DNA from: an uncultured virus (IMG/VR IMGVR_UViG_3300023109_000017)
Taxonomy: Duplodnaviria > Heunggongvirae > Uroviricota > Caudoviricetes
Virus record (IMG/VR): IMGVR_UViG_3300023109_000017
DNA: 64,000 bases
Reading direction: 5' to 3' (one strand)
Shown here: in pieces, positions 1-7,664 of the stretch
Layout: each line of letters opens with the position of its first letter
Position numbering within the stretch: the stretch's first letter is position 1
The notes under the pieces: generated by a model
Databases searched by the model: none
Told to the model about the DNA's origin: nothing
The model's input: only the letters and a program-made list of their open reading frames with translations
Position numbers and translations under genes: made by a program

Positions 1-198
1 TGGGGTGCCCAGCGACTTATTGATGAATCTAAGCGAAAAGCAAAACCAACAGATGTGTTTTTGCATCTTGATGTATTTCCATGGCTAGAAGAGTATTATC
101 CCTGGCCTGTAGAAGCAAGGGATACGTTTACAACTATACAAAAAACAGAAGGATGCTTAGCAAAGCATAATTATGATGGTAGCTACAAAATTATCTAA
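1..198 (+). CDS. C-terminal fragment of a glycosyltransferase family 25-like protein (5' end outside window)
   Basis: Frame 1 open from base 1 to TAA 196-198: WGAQRLIDESKRKAKPTDVFLHLDVFPWLEEYYPWPVEARDTFTTIQKTEGCLAKHNY...; the GA..L....(P)TD.F pattern resembles GT25 C-termini. Not in the ORF track. Confidence 0.5.
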   Translation, partial: WGAQRLIDESKRKAKPTDVFLHLDVFPWLEEYYPWPVEARDTFTTIQKTEGCLAKHNYDGSYKII

Positions 199-832
199 TC
201 TTTTTATTACAGGATGTGATCACAACACTGAATGGCAATTGCCATGGTTCGTAAACAATTTTAAAATGCATAATCCAAATGCTGAGTTAATGATATATGA
301 TTTTGGTATGAAAAATAATCCATACCCAGAATTAAGTGTGCCCTTAAAAAGTGATGATAAGGGTTGGTTTAAAAAACCATCAGCGATGATGAAAGCAGCT
401 TTAGCAGCTAATAAGGTTTGTTGGTTAGATACTGACTGCCATGTTCAAGAAAATATTGAAAACATATTTAACTTTACTGAACCAGAAAAGCTATGCATGG
501 TAGAAGATGTTCCGTGGTCTAAAAGGCGCGGTGAAACCTGGCATAACTCCGGAGTAGTAGCTTTTGAAGCTACGCCATCAATTTTAGGCAAATGGGCAAC
601 AGAAGTATCATATAGGCCTATAGTAGGAGATCAGGAAGTACTTCACGGTATAGTTGGACAAGCTCTTAATAGAATGAGATATATAAAAGACCTGCCTAGA
701 GCGTTTAACGTATTAAGATTAGATGTTTTAGATGGCACTACTCCAGACAAAATAAAAATTATGCATTGGACAGGCGCTAAAGGTAATGAAGAAATTAGGA
801 AAATGATAACTAGAGAGAAATTAGATGACTAG
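173..832 (+). CDS. GT-A fold nucleotide-sugar glycosyltransferase (GT8/GT77-like)
   Basis: IYDFG, WFKKP, DxD motif WLDTD, NSGVV, GDQE and HWTG motifs typical of GT-A enzymes. Confidence 0.7.
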   Translation: MMVATKLSNLFITGCDHNTEWQLPWFVNNFKMHNPNAELMIYDFGMKNNPYPELSVPLKSDDKGWFKKPSAMMKAALAANKVCWLDTDCHVQENIENIFNFTEPEKLCMVEDVPWSKRRGETWHNSGVVAFEATPSILGKWATEVSYRPIVGDQEVLHGIVGQALNRMRYIKDLPRAFNVLRLDVLDGTTPDKIKIMHWTGAKGNEEIRKMITREKLDD

Positions 833-1421
833 AGTTGCGCACATTATTGGTAACGGCGATAATGCTCCTATGTACAAACCAGCTAAGGGACTTAAGATTA
901 CATGTAATCTTCCTCCATTCACGGTAGAAAATGCATATACGACTTGTATTGTTGACTTTAAAATGTGTATGGCTATTACAGAAGGTTCAGTGGTTGTTCC
1001 TGGTGATTGGGTACTTGGCTTTAGGCCTAAGATTTGGTATGACAAAAATAAAGATAATTTTCGTATGAGGTTTGGGCACCACATAAAAGAGTTTTATACT
1101 GTATTACCAAAATACGCAGGCAATTACACTAATCTCAATTGCGGGCATTTTGCAGCGCACTATACGGCAAATAAATTGCAGGCAAAAGAGATACATCTAT
1201 ATGGGTTCGATTCGTTATTTGATATGAACCTAAGAAGCTGTACCGACTTTTATCTTGGCTCAGACCGTGGTACTACAAATAACGTACGCCTCAATGATAA
1301 CTGGAGGCCTATTTGGCAAAAAATCTTTGAGGAATTTAAAGATACGCAATTTGTACTTCATCACAACCATGATAAACTTAAATTTCCTGTAGGCGAAAAT
1401 GTTGAAATTGTGACAAAATAA
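825..1421 (+). CDS. Putative sugar transferase-like protein (sialyltransferase/Maf-like Rossmann fold)
   Basis: N-terminal IIGNG and later EIHLYGFD motifs; overlaps the upstream GT gene. Confidence 0.45.
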   Translation: MTRVAHIIGNGDNAPMYKPAKGLKITCNLPPFTVENAYTTCIVDFKMCMAITEGSVVVPGDWVLGFRPKIWYDKNKDNFRMRFGHHIKEFYTVLPKYAGNYTNLNCGHFAAHYTANKLQAKEIHLYGFDSLFDMNLRSCTDFYLGSDRGTTNNVRLNDNWRPIWQKIFEEFKDTQFVLHHNHDKLKFPVGENVEIVTK

Positions 1422-1424
1422 CAG

Positions 1425-1453
1425 TGTACAAATACTATTGGGTAGTATAGAAT
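1425..1453 (+). promoter_or_regulatory. Early sigma70-type phage promoter, likely leaderless
   Basis: TGTACA 1425-1430, 17-bp spacer, TAGAAT 1448-1453; one of six copies of the motif. Confidence 0.8.
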
Positions 1454-1460
1454 TATGCCT

Positions 1461-1832
1461 ATGATGATAGTTGAATTCCAAAATATAAAATCCGTAAAAT
1501 TTCAGGATCTAATTTGCGACGTACTCGAGTTTGGCCGAAAAAAATTATTTCCGCGTCATAGGCACGTTTATATAAATATTATTGCAACGCGCAATAGAGG
1601 AGTATATGGCGACTGCATGTATGAAGACGATCGTGACTTCACGATTCGCTTTGACACAACCCTTCCCCAAAATGAAATCGTAGCAACACTTTTACATGAA
1701 CTCGTTCATGTCAAACAGTATCTTCATAAAGAAGAGATGAACTATGATTTGCCATATGATGAAAGACCACATGAAATTGAAGCGCTTGCGAAGGAGAAAC
1801 AACTAACGGAGGCTTACTATGGCCGCACGTAA
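1461..1832 (+). CDS. Small HExxH zinc metallopeptidase-like protein
   Basis: TLLHELVHVKQY plus downstream PHEIEA; start placed at ATG 1461 because it coincides with the predicted transcription start. Confidence 0.7.
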   Translation: MMIVEFQNIKSVKFQDLICDVLEFGRKKLFPRHRHVYINIIATRNRGVYGDCMYEDDRDFTIRFDTTLPQNEIVATLLHELVHVKQYLHKEEMNYDLPYDERPHEIEALAKEKQLTEAYYGRT

Positions 1833-2127
1833 AAAGAATGAAATATTTGATAAACATTGTGGAGATCTAATTGACGATAATATTAATATGACAGTACCAT
1901 GGTACCTTATGGCTGCATATGCATATTATGAACAAGATCGTCCTATATTATCAGATAGCTATTTTGACAGACTGGCAAATAAAATGCTAAAAGATTGGGA
2001 TAAAGTAGAACATATGCATAAAGAGCTTATAAGTAAAGATATGTTAGAAGCAGGCACTTTTTTAGGAGAGTATCCCAGCCGGGTTAAATATGCATTAGCG
2101 GATTTAAGAGGTAAAGATGGCAGATAG
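1819..2127 (+). CDS. Stand-alone NAD-dependent DNA ligase subdomain Ia-like protein
   Basis: AYAYYEQDRPILSDSYFDRL resembles the YY..D.P.ISD.EYD motif of LigA domain Ia; GGAGG RBS. Confidence 0.65.
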   Translation: MAARKKNEIFDKHCGDLIDDNINMTVPWYLMAAYAYYEQDRPILSDSYFDRLANKMLKDWDKVEHMHKELISKDMLEAGTFLGEYPSRVKYALADLRGKDGR

Positions 2128-2260
2128 CGACGATCCTTGTGATGGTATTGAAGCAGCAAGCTTGACTGGATGGATTAAAAGCGATAACTCCAACACTAAA
2201 AAGGAAAAAAATAAAAAAGAGATTGTACCACTTTCATATGCCCGTTTTGAGCACGGATAA
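2117..2260 (+). CDS. Hypothetical protein, 47 aa
   Basis: ATG 2117 after GAGGT; MADSDDPCDG...ARFEHG, TAA 2258-2260; below the ORF-track size cutoff. Confidence 0.5.
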   Translation: MADSDDPCDGIEAASLTGWIKSDNSNTKKEKNKKEIVPLSYARFEHG

Positions 2261-2337
2261 GTTATTGAAAACAAACGAAACAAAGTTTGAAAAAAGCTAA
2301 ATTAACTGTGTACAAATGATTTGGAATAGTGTAGTAT
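2258..2337 (+). promoter_or_regulatory. Early promoter with upstream IHF-like box
   Basis: TAAGTTATTGAAA 2258-2270 (one mismatch to the IHF consensus on the minus strand); TGTACA 2309-2314, N17, TAGTAT 2332-2337. Confidence 0.8.
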
Positions 2338-2361
2338 GGTTATATCAAATGGAGAAAAACA

Positions 2362-2568
2362 ATGTCAAACTTTGATTCTGAATTCGTAGTCGCTTTTGAA
2401 AAAGCATGTAATAACTATGTTAACCAAACTCCTGATGGCACAGTCATATGGGATTATGTAGAGTCTGATTTGGCTCTTGACGGTTGGATAGAAAAATTAG
2501 GTGAAAGCTTTAATTCGTTCTTTGACGATATGGCTGATCAATTTCTTGCAGCTAAGAGGGCAGTGTAA
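2362..2568 (+). CDS. Hypothetical early protein
   Basis: GGAGA RBS; first gene after the promoter. Confidence 0.75.
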   Translation: MSNFDSEFVVAFEKACNNYVNQTPDGTVIWDYVESDLALDGWIEKLGESFNSFFDDMADQFLAAKRAV

Positions 2569-2816
2569 TGAAACCTTGGATTCAAAAAACCCGTAATGGT
2601 TTTGATATTGCTGAAGAAGAAATCAATCGCCTTGAAGCTCTACCTGTTCAAGGTGAACAGTCTTGTATGGTTCAGATAGATATGAAGAAATGGGCTCAAA
2701 AAGAAGGCTTGTGGCCCCATAGTCATTATAGTAATATCATAAGTGGTCATGCTGAAGCTCGTGGCTGGACTCAAGAGGGATTTACTGGAATGGAGATCGT
2801 AGATGAGACCGTCTGA
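2568..2816 (+). CDS. Hypothetical protein
   Basis: TAATG coupling to the previous ORF. Confidence 0.7.
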   Translation: MKPWIQKTRNGFDIAEEEINRLEALPVQGEQSCMVQIDMKKWAQKEGLWPHSHYSNIISGHAEARGWTQEGFTGMEIVDETV

Positions 2817-2991
2817 GATAGCTATGCAAATATTTGCTTCGTTGTATGATAAGCAGCATATCACCGCAGAAGATGTTCACGAATGTCTTACTATTCAAAT
2901 GTATGCAGGAGAAGTACCTGCTCTTAATTCAACTGACGTAGATGTGGCAATTGAACTTGTAACATCTCTTAATGAGGAATATAAACGATGA
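2803..2991 (+). CDS. Hypothetical protein
   Basis: GGAGA RBS; part of an overlapping chain of ORFs. Confidence 0.65.
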   Translation: MRPSEIAMQIFASLYDKQHITAEDVHECLTIQMYAGEVPALNSTDVDVAIELVTSLNEEYKR

Positions 2992-3143
2992 ATGAAGTAG
3001 AAATTATCTCAATGGTAGGTATTATTGCCACCTCTGTTTTCATGGGTATGATCATTGGTATGAAGCTTGCATGGCGCGATGCAAAGAAATTGTATGAAGA
3101 ATATTATATAACTGATATCGAAGCAATGAGGAAGTACGGATGA
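2988..3143 (+). CDS. Small membrane protein, 51 aa
   Basis: ATGA overlaps at both ends, GAGGA RBS; MNEVEIISMVGIIATSVFMGMIIGMKLAW... has one hydrophobic segment; not in the ORF track. Confidence 0.65.
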   Translation: MNEVEIISMVGIIATSVFMGMIIGMKLAWRDAKKLYEEYYITDIEAMRKYG

Positions 3144-3580
3144 AATATTTTTTAGCTACTGCAGCTATCCTTGCAGCTACTACTGCTTCCGCTGAAGTAA
3201 GTAAAGTTAAAGTTTATGATCATACTAAGACAGTTACTCAATCAGTACCTGTATCTGAAACTCGGTGCCAAGATGTTAAGGTTCCTATTTACCAGCAAGG
3301 CGGTCAAGCATCTGGAGGTGATGTTTTACTTGGAGCAATCTTAGGTGGACTTATTGGAGGCACTGCGTCTGGTAAAGATAGCGGTGCAGCTATTGGAGCA
3401 TTAGGTGGAGCTATTGTTGCTAATGAATCTGCAAAAGGCCCTAAGGTAACCGGATATGAGATTCAGCGACAATGTAGCGATGTTACGGTTTATCAAAACT
3501 CAAATGTAGAAGTGTATAGCCATTCGACAATAAGATTTTTTGTTGATGGTAAACGGTACGTATTAACATTTCAAAGGTGA
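3140..3580 (+). CDS. Secreted glycine-zipper protein
   Basis: Signal peptide MKYFLATAAILAATTASA; GAILGGLIGG...GAAIGALGGAIV glycine zipper. Confidence 0.75.
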   Translation: MKYFLATAAILAATTASAEVSKVKVYDHTKTVTQSVPVSETRCQDVKVPIYQQGGQASGGDVLLGAILGGLIGGTASGKDSGAAIGALGGAIVANESAKGPKVTGYEIQRQCSDVTVYQNSNVEVYSHSTIRFFVDGKRYVLTFQR

Positions 3581-3586
3581 GCTAAA

Positions 3587-3663
3587 GGACACGTAGCTCA
3601 GCTGGATAGAGCAAGTGCCTTCTAAGCACTAGGTCGAGGGTTCGAATCCTTCCGTGTTCGCCA
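3587..3663 (+). tRNA. tRNA-Arg (anticodon UCU)
   Basis: Acceptor GGACACG/CGTGTTC, D-arm TAGCTCAGCTGGATAGAGC, anticodon arm AGTGC-CTTCTAA-GCACT, GGTTCGAATCC T-arm, encoded CCA. Confidence 0.97.
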
Positions 3664-3678
3664 ATAAGGAGAAACTAA

Positions 3679-3912
3679 ATGGAAGTAGCAATAATTTGGT
3701 TTTTATCTATGTACGGCATGGGTGAATACATCAAGAAAGTTGATAATCACAACAAAGCTCTTGGTGCATATATCGCCCGTGTCGATGAGGAAATGAATAG
3801 AATAGACGAGCAGCATGTAGATCTAGCAGTAGCTTATGCTGCATTCAGAGCTCGTCAAGTAGTTCAGCAAGAGAATCTCCAAGAGAGAATCCAACTGCTG
3901 GAAGGCGAATGA
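3679..3912 (+). CDS. Hypothetical coiled-coil protein with hydrophobic N-terminus
   Basis: AAGGAG RBS immediately after the tRNA. Confidence 0.7.
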   Translation: MEVAIIWFLSMYGMGEYIKKVDNHNKALGAYIARVDEEMNRIDEQHVDLAVAYAAFRARQVVQQENLQERIQLLEGE

Positions 3913-4045
3913 GGAAAGCCTGCAATATCGCAAACGTACTCAGCTAAACCCTATTCACGTTAATCGCTCGAGCGGTGTTTAGGTTGGTATACGATCTGGT
4001 ACCAGGAAACCCAGACGGTTGCTGCATACGTTAAATGCAGATAGG
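3913..4045 (+). ncRNA. Candidate structured non-coding RNA
   Basis: GC-enriched, lacks a long ORF; hairpins CTAAAC/GTTTAG enclosing CGC-TCGA-GCG, TCTGG/CCAGA, CTGCAT/ATGCAG; ends at a terminator. Confidence 0.45.
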
Positions 4046-4074
4046 AAGGGGGGCTCTGCAGAAGCCCCCTTTTT
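4046..4074 (+). terminator. Rho-independent terminator
   Basis: GGGGGCT-CTGCAGA-AGCCCCC followed by TTTTT. Confidence 0.85.
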
Positions 4075-4116
4075 GATAAATACAGTTTAATCATAATAAT
4101 AAAGATAGGTTAAACT

Positions 4117-4611
4117 ATGAAAATGAATCAGAATAAGTACGATGTAACTGTAATAAAAGTTGTTGATGGTGATACAGTTGATGTGGATATTGATCTAGGT
4201 TTTGGTATTTGCTTAAAAGATGAGCGCGTGAGAGTAATGGGTATTGATACGCCTGAGTCTCGTACGTCTGATAAAGTTGAAGACTTATTTGGTGAAGCTG
4301 CTAAAGCACGTTTAAAGGAGCTTATGAAGCACGGCGGAAAACTTATCACGACGGAAGATAAGCATGGCGAAGATATGAAAGGTAAGTTCGGTCGTATTCT
4401 TGGAGATTTTGAAGTAGACTATCACGGTGAAATGAAACGCGTGACAGAGATCATGGAATTAGAAGGCCATTGTGTGCCATACTTCGGCGGTAGTAAAGAA
4501 GAAACCCAAGCAGCCCATATGGTGAACAGAGCACGCCTTATAGCTGAAGGCGTAATCTCTCAGGCCGATGTTGATGCTGCTCAGGCTAAAATGGATAAAA
4601 AGAAAAAATAA
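4117..4611 (+). CDS. Staphylococcal nuclease (SNase/thermonuclease) homologue
   Basis: VVDGDTVD, RVMGIDTPE and GKFGRILG motifs. Confidence 0.9.
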   Translation: MKMNQNKYDVTVIKVVDGDTVDVDIDLGFGICLKDERVRVMGIDTPESRTSDKVEDLFGEAAKARLKELMKHGGKLITTEDKHGEDMKGKFGRILGDFEVDYHGEMKRVTEIMELEGHCVPYFGGSKEETQAAHMVNRARLIAEGVISQADVDAAQAKMDKKKK

Positions 4612-4983
4612 TTATTTCTTATCTTCTTTGGGGCCTTTTCCTTTTGAATAGGCTTGGGCTCCAAAGAACGCAGCTACAAGACCGGCAATTGCTACAAAGT
4701 ATGTAGGTGCAATATCACCTACTATTTTAGCAGCGCTGTCGACGCCTAATATACTGGTAAGTAGAATAAGCACAGGATAAAGAAGCATGCCCCATAAAGC
4801 AAACCACGCCATAGACCTTATCTGGTCTTCCTTAGCATCTTCGTTTTCTTGCATTTTCTTTTTATGTTCCCACTCTGCAATTTCTTTTGCACGAGCCATT
4901 TCTTCGTCAGTAATAATTCCATCACCGTCGGTGTCTAGATGTGCGTAGATGGAATCTGCTTCCATCATCTTAGCTTTAGCCAT
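4612..4983 (-). CDS. EF-hand plus two-transmembrane protein (holin-like candidate)
   Basis: DTDGDGIITDEE is a canonical EF-hand loop; two hydrophobic helices and a basic C-tail; late promoter upstream; start probably MAKAK (4983), alternative 4995. Confidence 0.65.
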   Translation of the reverse strand: MAKAKMMEADSIYAHLDTDGDGIITDEEMARAKEIAEWEHKKKMQENEDAKEDQIRSMAWFALWGMLLYPVLILLTSILGVDSAAKIVGDIAPTYFVAIAGLVAAFFGAQAYSKGKGPKEDKK

Positions 4984-5008
4984 ATTATCCCCCATTCCTT
5001 TTCATTTG

Positions 5009-5016
5009 TATTTATA
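5009..5016 (-). promoter_or_regulatory. T4-type late promoter
   Basis: TATAAATA on the minus strand just upstream of the EF-hand gene. Confidence 0.75.
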
Positions 5017-5045
5017 AGAAAGAGACATTATGCAGGAGAGATATC

Positions 5046-5267
5046 ATGAATATATCAAGAGGAAACTCAAAGAAGAACGTGAAAGAAATGAACTGGATAG
5101 ACATAGACAAGATACTATGGGAAAAGATTTCAAAGTGGAACGGGAAAGAACCAAGCAAAAAGAAGATACTATCTGAGGTATCTAAGTTTTTTAATTGGTC
5201 TGATAAGCAAACTAATTTAGCTTGCGCAAGACATTTTAATATGTACAATAATAAAAAAATAGTGTAG
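5046..5267 (+). CDS. Hypothetical protein
   Basis: AGGAGA RBS, 73-aa ORF. Confidence 0.55.
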   Translation: MNISRGNSKKNVKEMNWIDIDKILWEKISKWNGKEPSKKKILSEVSKFFNWSDKQTNLACARHFNMYNNKKIV

Positions 5268-5270
5268 AAT
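5242..5270 (+). promoter_or_regulatory. Early promoter, likely leaderless
   Basis: TGTACA 5242-5247, N17, TAGAAT 5265-5270; ATG lies 6 nt downstream. Confidence 0.85.
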
Positions 5271-5276
5271 AATTTT

Positions 5277-5849
5277 ATGAATATTTTTATATTGTCAACA
5301 GACCCCGTAGAAGCCGCAGTACTACAATGCGACAAGCATGTAGTCAAAATGATTGTAGAATCAGCACAGATGTTATCCACAGCGCACAGGATGCTCGATG
5401 GTTATATGGAGTTACGTCCATCTAAGTCAGGCAAGCGCATGGTCAAATATTGGGTGCATCCTAAATCATCACTAGAAAATACCCTATATAAAGCTGTGCA
5501 CCATGGGCACCCGTGTACGGTGTGGACTATGCAGACAAATGCTAACTATGAATGGCATTACAAACACTTTGTGGCTTTATGCGATGAGTACAAATATCGC
5601 TATGGTAAAGTGCATGCCACTGATATTCTGCTTCGAAAAACATTACGAAAACCGCCGAGTGGCACAACATGGTCAAATCTCTATACTCCATTTGCTCTTG
5701 CCATGCAGCATGAACCACAGTGTATTCATAAAGATGATCCTGTTAGATCCTATAAAGAATACTATCAAACAAAGCAAGATCGGTTTAAAATGGTATGGTC
5801 TAAGCGTGATGTTCCAGAATGGTTTTCTGAGAAAATGCTAACTGGTTGA
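5277..5849 (+). CDS. Pyrimidine dimer DNA glycosylase family (DenV-related) protein
   Basis: MNIF.L..DP..AA...CDKHVVKMIVESAQMLSTAH, HPCTVW and YKYRYGKVH signature. Confidence 0.85.
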   Translation: MNIFILSTDPVEAAVLQCDKHVVKMIVESAQMLSTAHRMLDGYMELRPSKSGKRMVKYWVHPKSSLENTLYKAVHHGHPCTVWTMQTNANYEWHYKHFVALCDEYKYRYGKVHATDILLRKTLRKPPSGTTWSNLYTPFALAMQHEPQCIHKDDPVRSYKEYYQTKQDRFKMVWSKRDVPEWFSEKMLTG

Positions 5850-5918
5850 TTTCATTGAAAACAAAGTTTTGATTTTCCGCATTTTTTTATGTACAAACGA
5901 TTCGTAATAGTGTAGGAT
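5839..5918 (+). promoter_or_regulatory. Early promoter with upstream IHF box
   Basis: TAACTGGTTGATT 5839-5851 (reverse complement AATCAACCAGTTA); TGTACA 5890-5895, N17, TAGGAT 5913-5918. Confidence 0.85.
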
Positions 5919-5942
5919 GTATATATGATAAGGAGAAACACA

Positions 5943-6350
5943 ATGGAATTTACTTACTCAGATGATCTTTGGTCAGACCTTCATAAAGATGTTTATGGTT
6001 TTCGCCCTCGCGGAGCTGATAAAGATAACTGGGACCTGATGGGCCCAACTCGCAAGCAAGCTCATTGGGATCAGCTTTGTGCGAAGCTCGAAGAAAATAC
6101 TAAAGCTGAAAAAGAAGCTGAATTAGTTGCTATCGAAAAGTTCGAAGCTCGTCTTAAAGATGTTATCGAGCTTGGTGCCGGTAATCGTACCAACGCTCTT
6201 TTGTGGATGACTAGTACTGAAACCTTTTATCACATTCAAGATGTAGAACACTTTGTGTGGGAACAAGGTATTTTGTTTACTCAATATGGTAAACAGCTAG
6301 TTAAAGATTTAGCTGCCGTTGTTGATTATAAGGAGTATGACTATGCATAA
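5943..6350 (+). CDS. Hypothetical early protein
   Basis: AAGGAG RBS before MEFTYS; SDLHKDVYGFRPR motif of a kind recurrent in phage early proteins. Confidence 0.8.
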   Translation: MEFTYSDDLWSDLHKDVYGFRPRGADKDNWDLMGPTRKQAHWDQLCAKLEENTKAEKEAELVAIEKFEARLKDVIELGAGNRTNALLWMTSTETFYHIQDVEHFVWEQGILFTQYGKQLVKDLAAVVDYKEYDYA

Positions 6351-6549
6351 AGATTTGTATTGGAAAGTCGAGGCCTTCTTTTTTAAGAATGGCGAATATC
6401 AATTGCAGCACTTTATTTCTGGTATGACTTATAGTAAAGCTCGTGAATATTATTGGGAATTGCATGATACTAATGAATATGCCATGCTTAAAATGACTCG
6501 TCTAGACGGCAATTCTGTTTGGAAAATTGAAAATAAGGAGGCAGCTTGA
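6343..6549 (+). CDS. Hypothetical protein
   Basis: AAGGAG RBS; start MHKDLY (in-frame ATG 6337 is an alternative); ends KEAA. Confidence 0.7.
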   Translation: MHKDLYWKVEAFFFKNGEYQLQHFISGMTYSKAREYYWELHDTNEYAMLKMTRLDGNSVWKIENKEAA

Positions 6550-6800
6550 TGTCAGAAACTTTTACATATAAAGGTGTTGTATATGATGTTGATCTAAATT
6601 CAGACAATATGCGTCATGGCGGTCCGTTCGATCGCGGAGCGGCTGATAGCTATTATCGTCGTCCTCTTGATCCTCATTATTATGTCGGTGACTCTATAAC
6701 ATCTGAAAAAAGAACCGCTTTGACTGATGAAGAACTTCAGGCATATTATGCTGGTCATGCATATAACGATGAGTCAGGTGACTTTAAGGATTGGGGATGA
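6549..6800 (+). CDS. Hypothetical protein
   Basis: TGATG coupling and AAGGAGG RBS; RHGGPFDRGAADSYY motif. Confidence 0.8.
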   Translation: MSETFTYKGVVYDVDLNSDNMRHGGPFDRGAADSYYRRPLDPHYYVGDSITSEKRTALTDEELQAYYAGHAYNDESGDFKDWG

Positions 6801-6904
6801 TAAAGGTTAACGATAAAATCTTTGAGTGTCTTTATAAAGCAATTGAGTATCGAGATCATCTTGATGCTCACTATATAGCAGTGGTGTGGAATGTATACAG
6901 TTGA
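6797..6904 (+). CDS. Hypothetical protein, 35 aa
   Basis: ATGA overlap; MIKVNDKIFECLYKAIEYRDHLDAHYIAVVWNVYS; fills the gap; not in the ORF track. Confidence 0.5.
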   Translation: MIKVNDKIFECLYKAIEYRDHLDAHYIAVVWNVYS

Positions 6905-7118
6905 ATTTGATGAGGACGAAACACTCATTACGATCTTAGACGATAAGGGAAAATACGATGACGTTTCGGTTTTTCTTTATGACGATGTAGTTTATATTCG
7001 TCAATGGAATGAAAAGGATGATAAATTTCAAGTTATAGCTTTGACCGATATGATGTATCTAAAATTAATGTCAGCATGGACTTCACCAGAAGGTGCATTT
7101 ATTTTAGAAAAAAAATGA
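6891..7118 (+). CDS. Hypothetical protein
   Basis: Acidic 75-aa ORF in the operon chain. Confidence 0.7.
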   Translation: MYTVEFDEDETLITILDDKGKYDDVSVFLYDDVVYIRQWNEKDDKFQVIALTDMMYLKLMSAWTSPEGAFILEKK

Positions 7119-7178
7119 TAAGTGATTGATTTTAAACAAAACAAAAAGGTGTACAAACCGTTTTTAATAGTGTAGAAT
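7119..7178 (+). promoter_or_regulatory. Early promoter with upstream IHF box
   Basis: TAAGTGATTGATT 7119-7131 (reverse complement AATCAATCACTTA); TGTACA 7150-7155, N17, TAGAAT 7173-7178. Confidence 0.85.
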
Positions 7179-7203
7179 GGTTTTATTAATTATGGAGAAT
7201 ACT

Positions 7204-7461
7204 ATGAAAACTGCAACTACTCAATCTGATCGCCTTGCTCTCATCAAAGAAATCGCTGAGCGTAAGAAAAAAATGTCTAAGATTCGTAAACAGTCTGCAT
7301 CAGTTATCTCTCGTGCCAAGCCTGTTTCACGTAAGAAACAAGATCTTGACATTCCTAAAGAGTCTAACATGTATCACTGGACTGATGCATCTAAATATGC
7401 CAAAGAATATTATGGAGAAACAATGTTCGAAACAACTCGTTACGATAACGATTGGGATTGA
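7204..7461 (+). CDS. Basic hypothetical early protein
   Basis: GGAGA RBS before MKTATT; first gene after the promoter. Confidence 0.75.
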   Translation: MKTATTQSDRLALIKEIAERKKKMSKIRKQSASVISRAKPVSRKKQDLDIPKESNMYHWTDASKYAKEYYGETMFETTRYDNDWD

Positions 7462-7467
7462 GTCTAA

Positions 7468-7661
7468 AGACTCTTTTCCTCATACGTCCGTGCAGAGGGC
7501 AGGCCACCTGAAAACACAATCTCGCGAGAATAATTCGCCTGTGAAATATCAGTGTCGTGAAAACGTGGAGATGTTAGTTTCAATCAAACTAGAGCGGCAA
7601 CGTCAATAAGGCCGTGCGGAGAGATTGGAGATACTAGCTGGGCGTATGAGGAAAGGAGTTT
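7468..7661 (+). ncRNA. Candidate multi-hairpin structured RNA, about 190 nt
   Basis: 20-bp closing helix 7470-7489/7640-7659 with two G-U pairs; internal stems CAATCTC/GAGATTG, GCGAG/TTCGC, CGT-GAAA-ACG, TAGTTT/AAACTA, GCGGC/GCCGT. Confidence 0.75.
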
Positions 7662-7664
7662 ATT

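Noticed and set aside
1571..1578. TATAAATA inside the metallopeptidase gene
   Set aside because: Lies within coding sequence, far from a start codon, and can arise by chance in AT-rich DNA
3909..3947. GAGGAAAG (RNase P-like) and GCA AAC...TAA (tmRNA tag-like) in the non-coding segment
   Set aside because: No RNase P 3' P4 strand, and no tmRNA T-arm or CCA end; the matches are too short
7235..7609. 124-aa alternative-frame ORF spanning the structured RNA
   Set aside because: TTG start without an RBS, overlaps a better-supported gene, and the 3' part is explained by RNA structure
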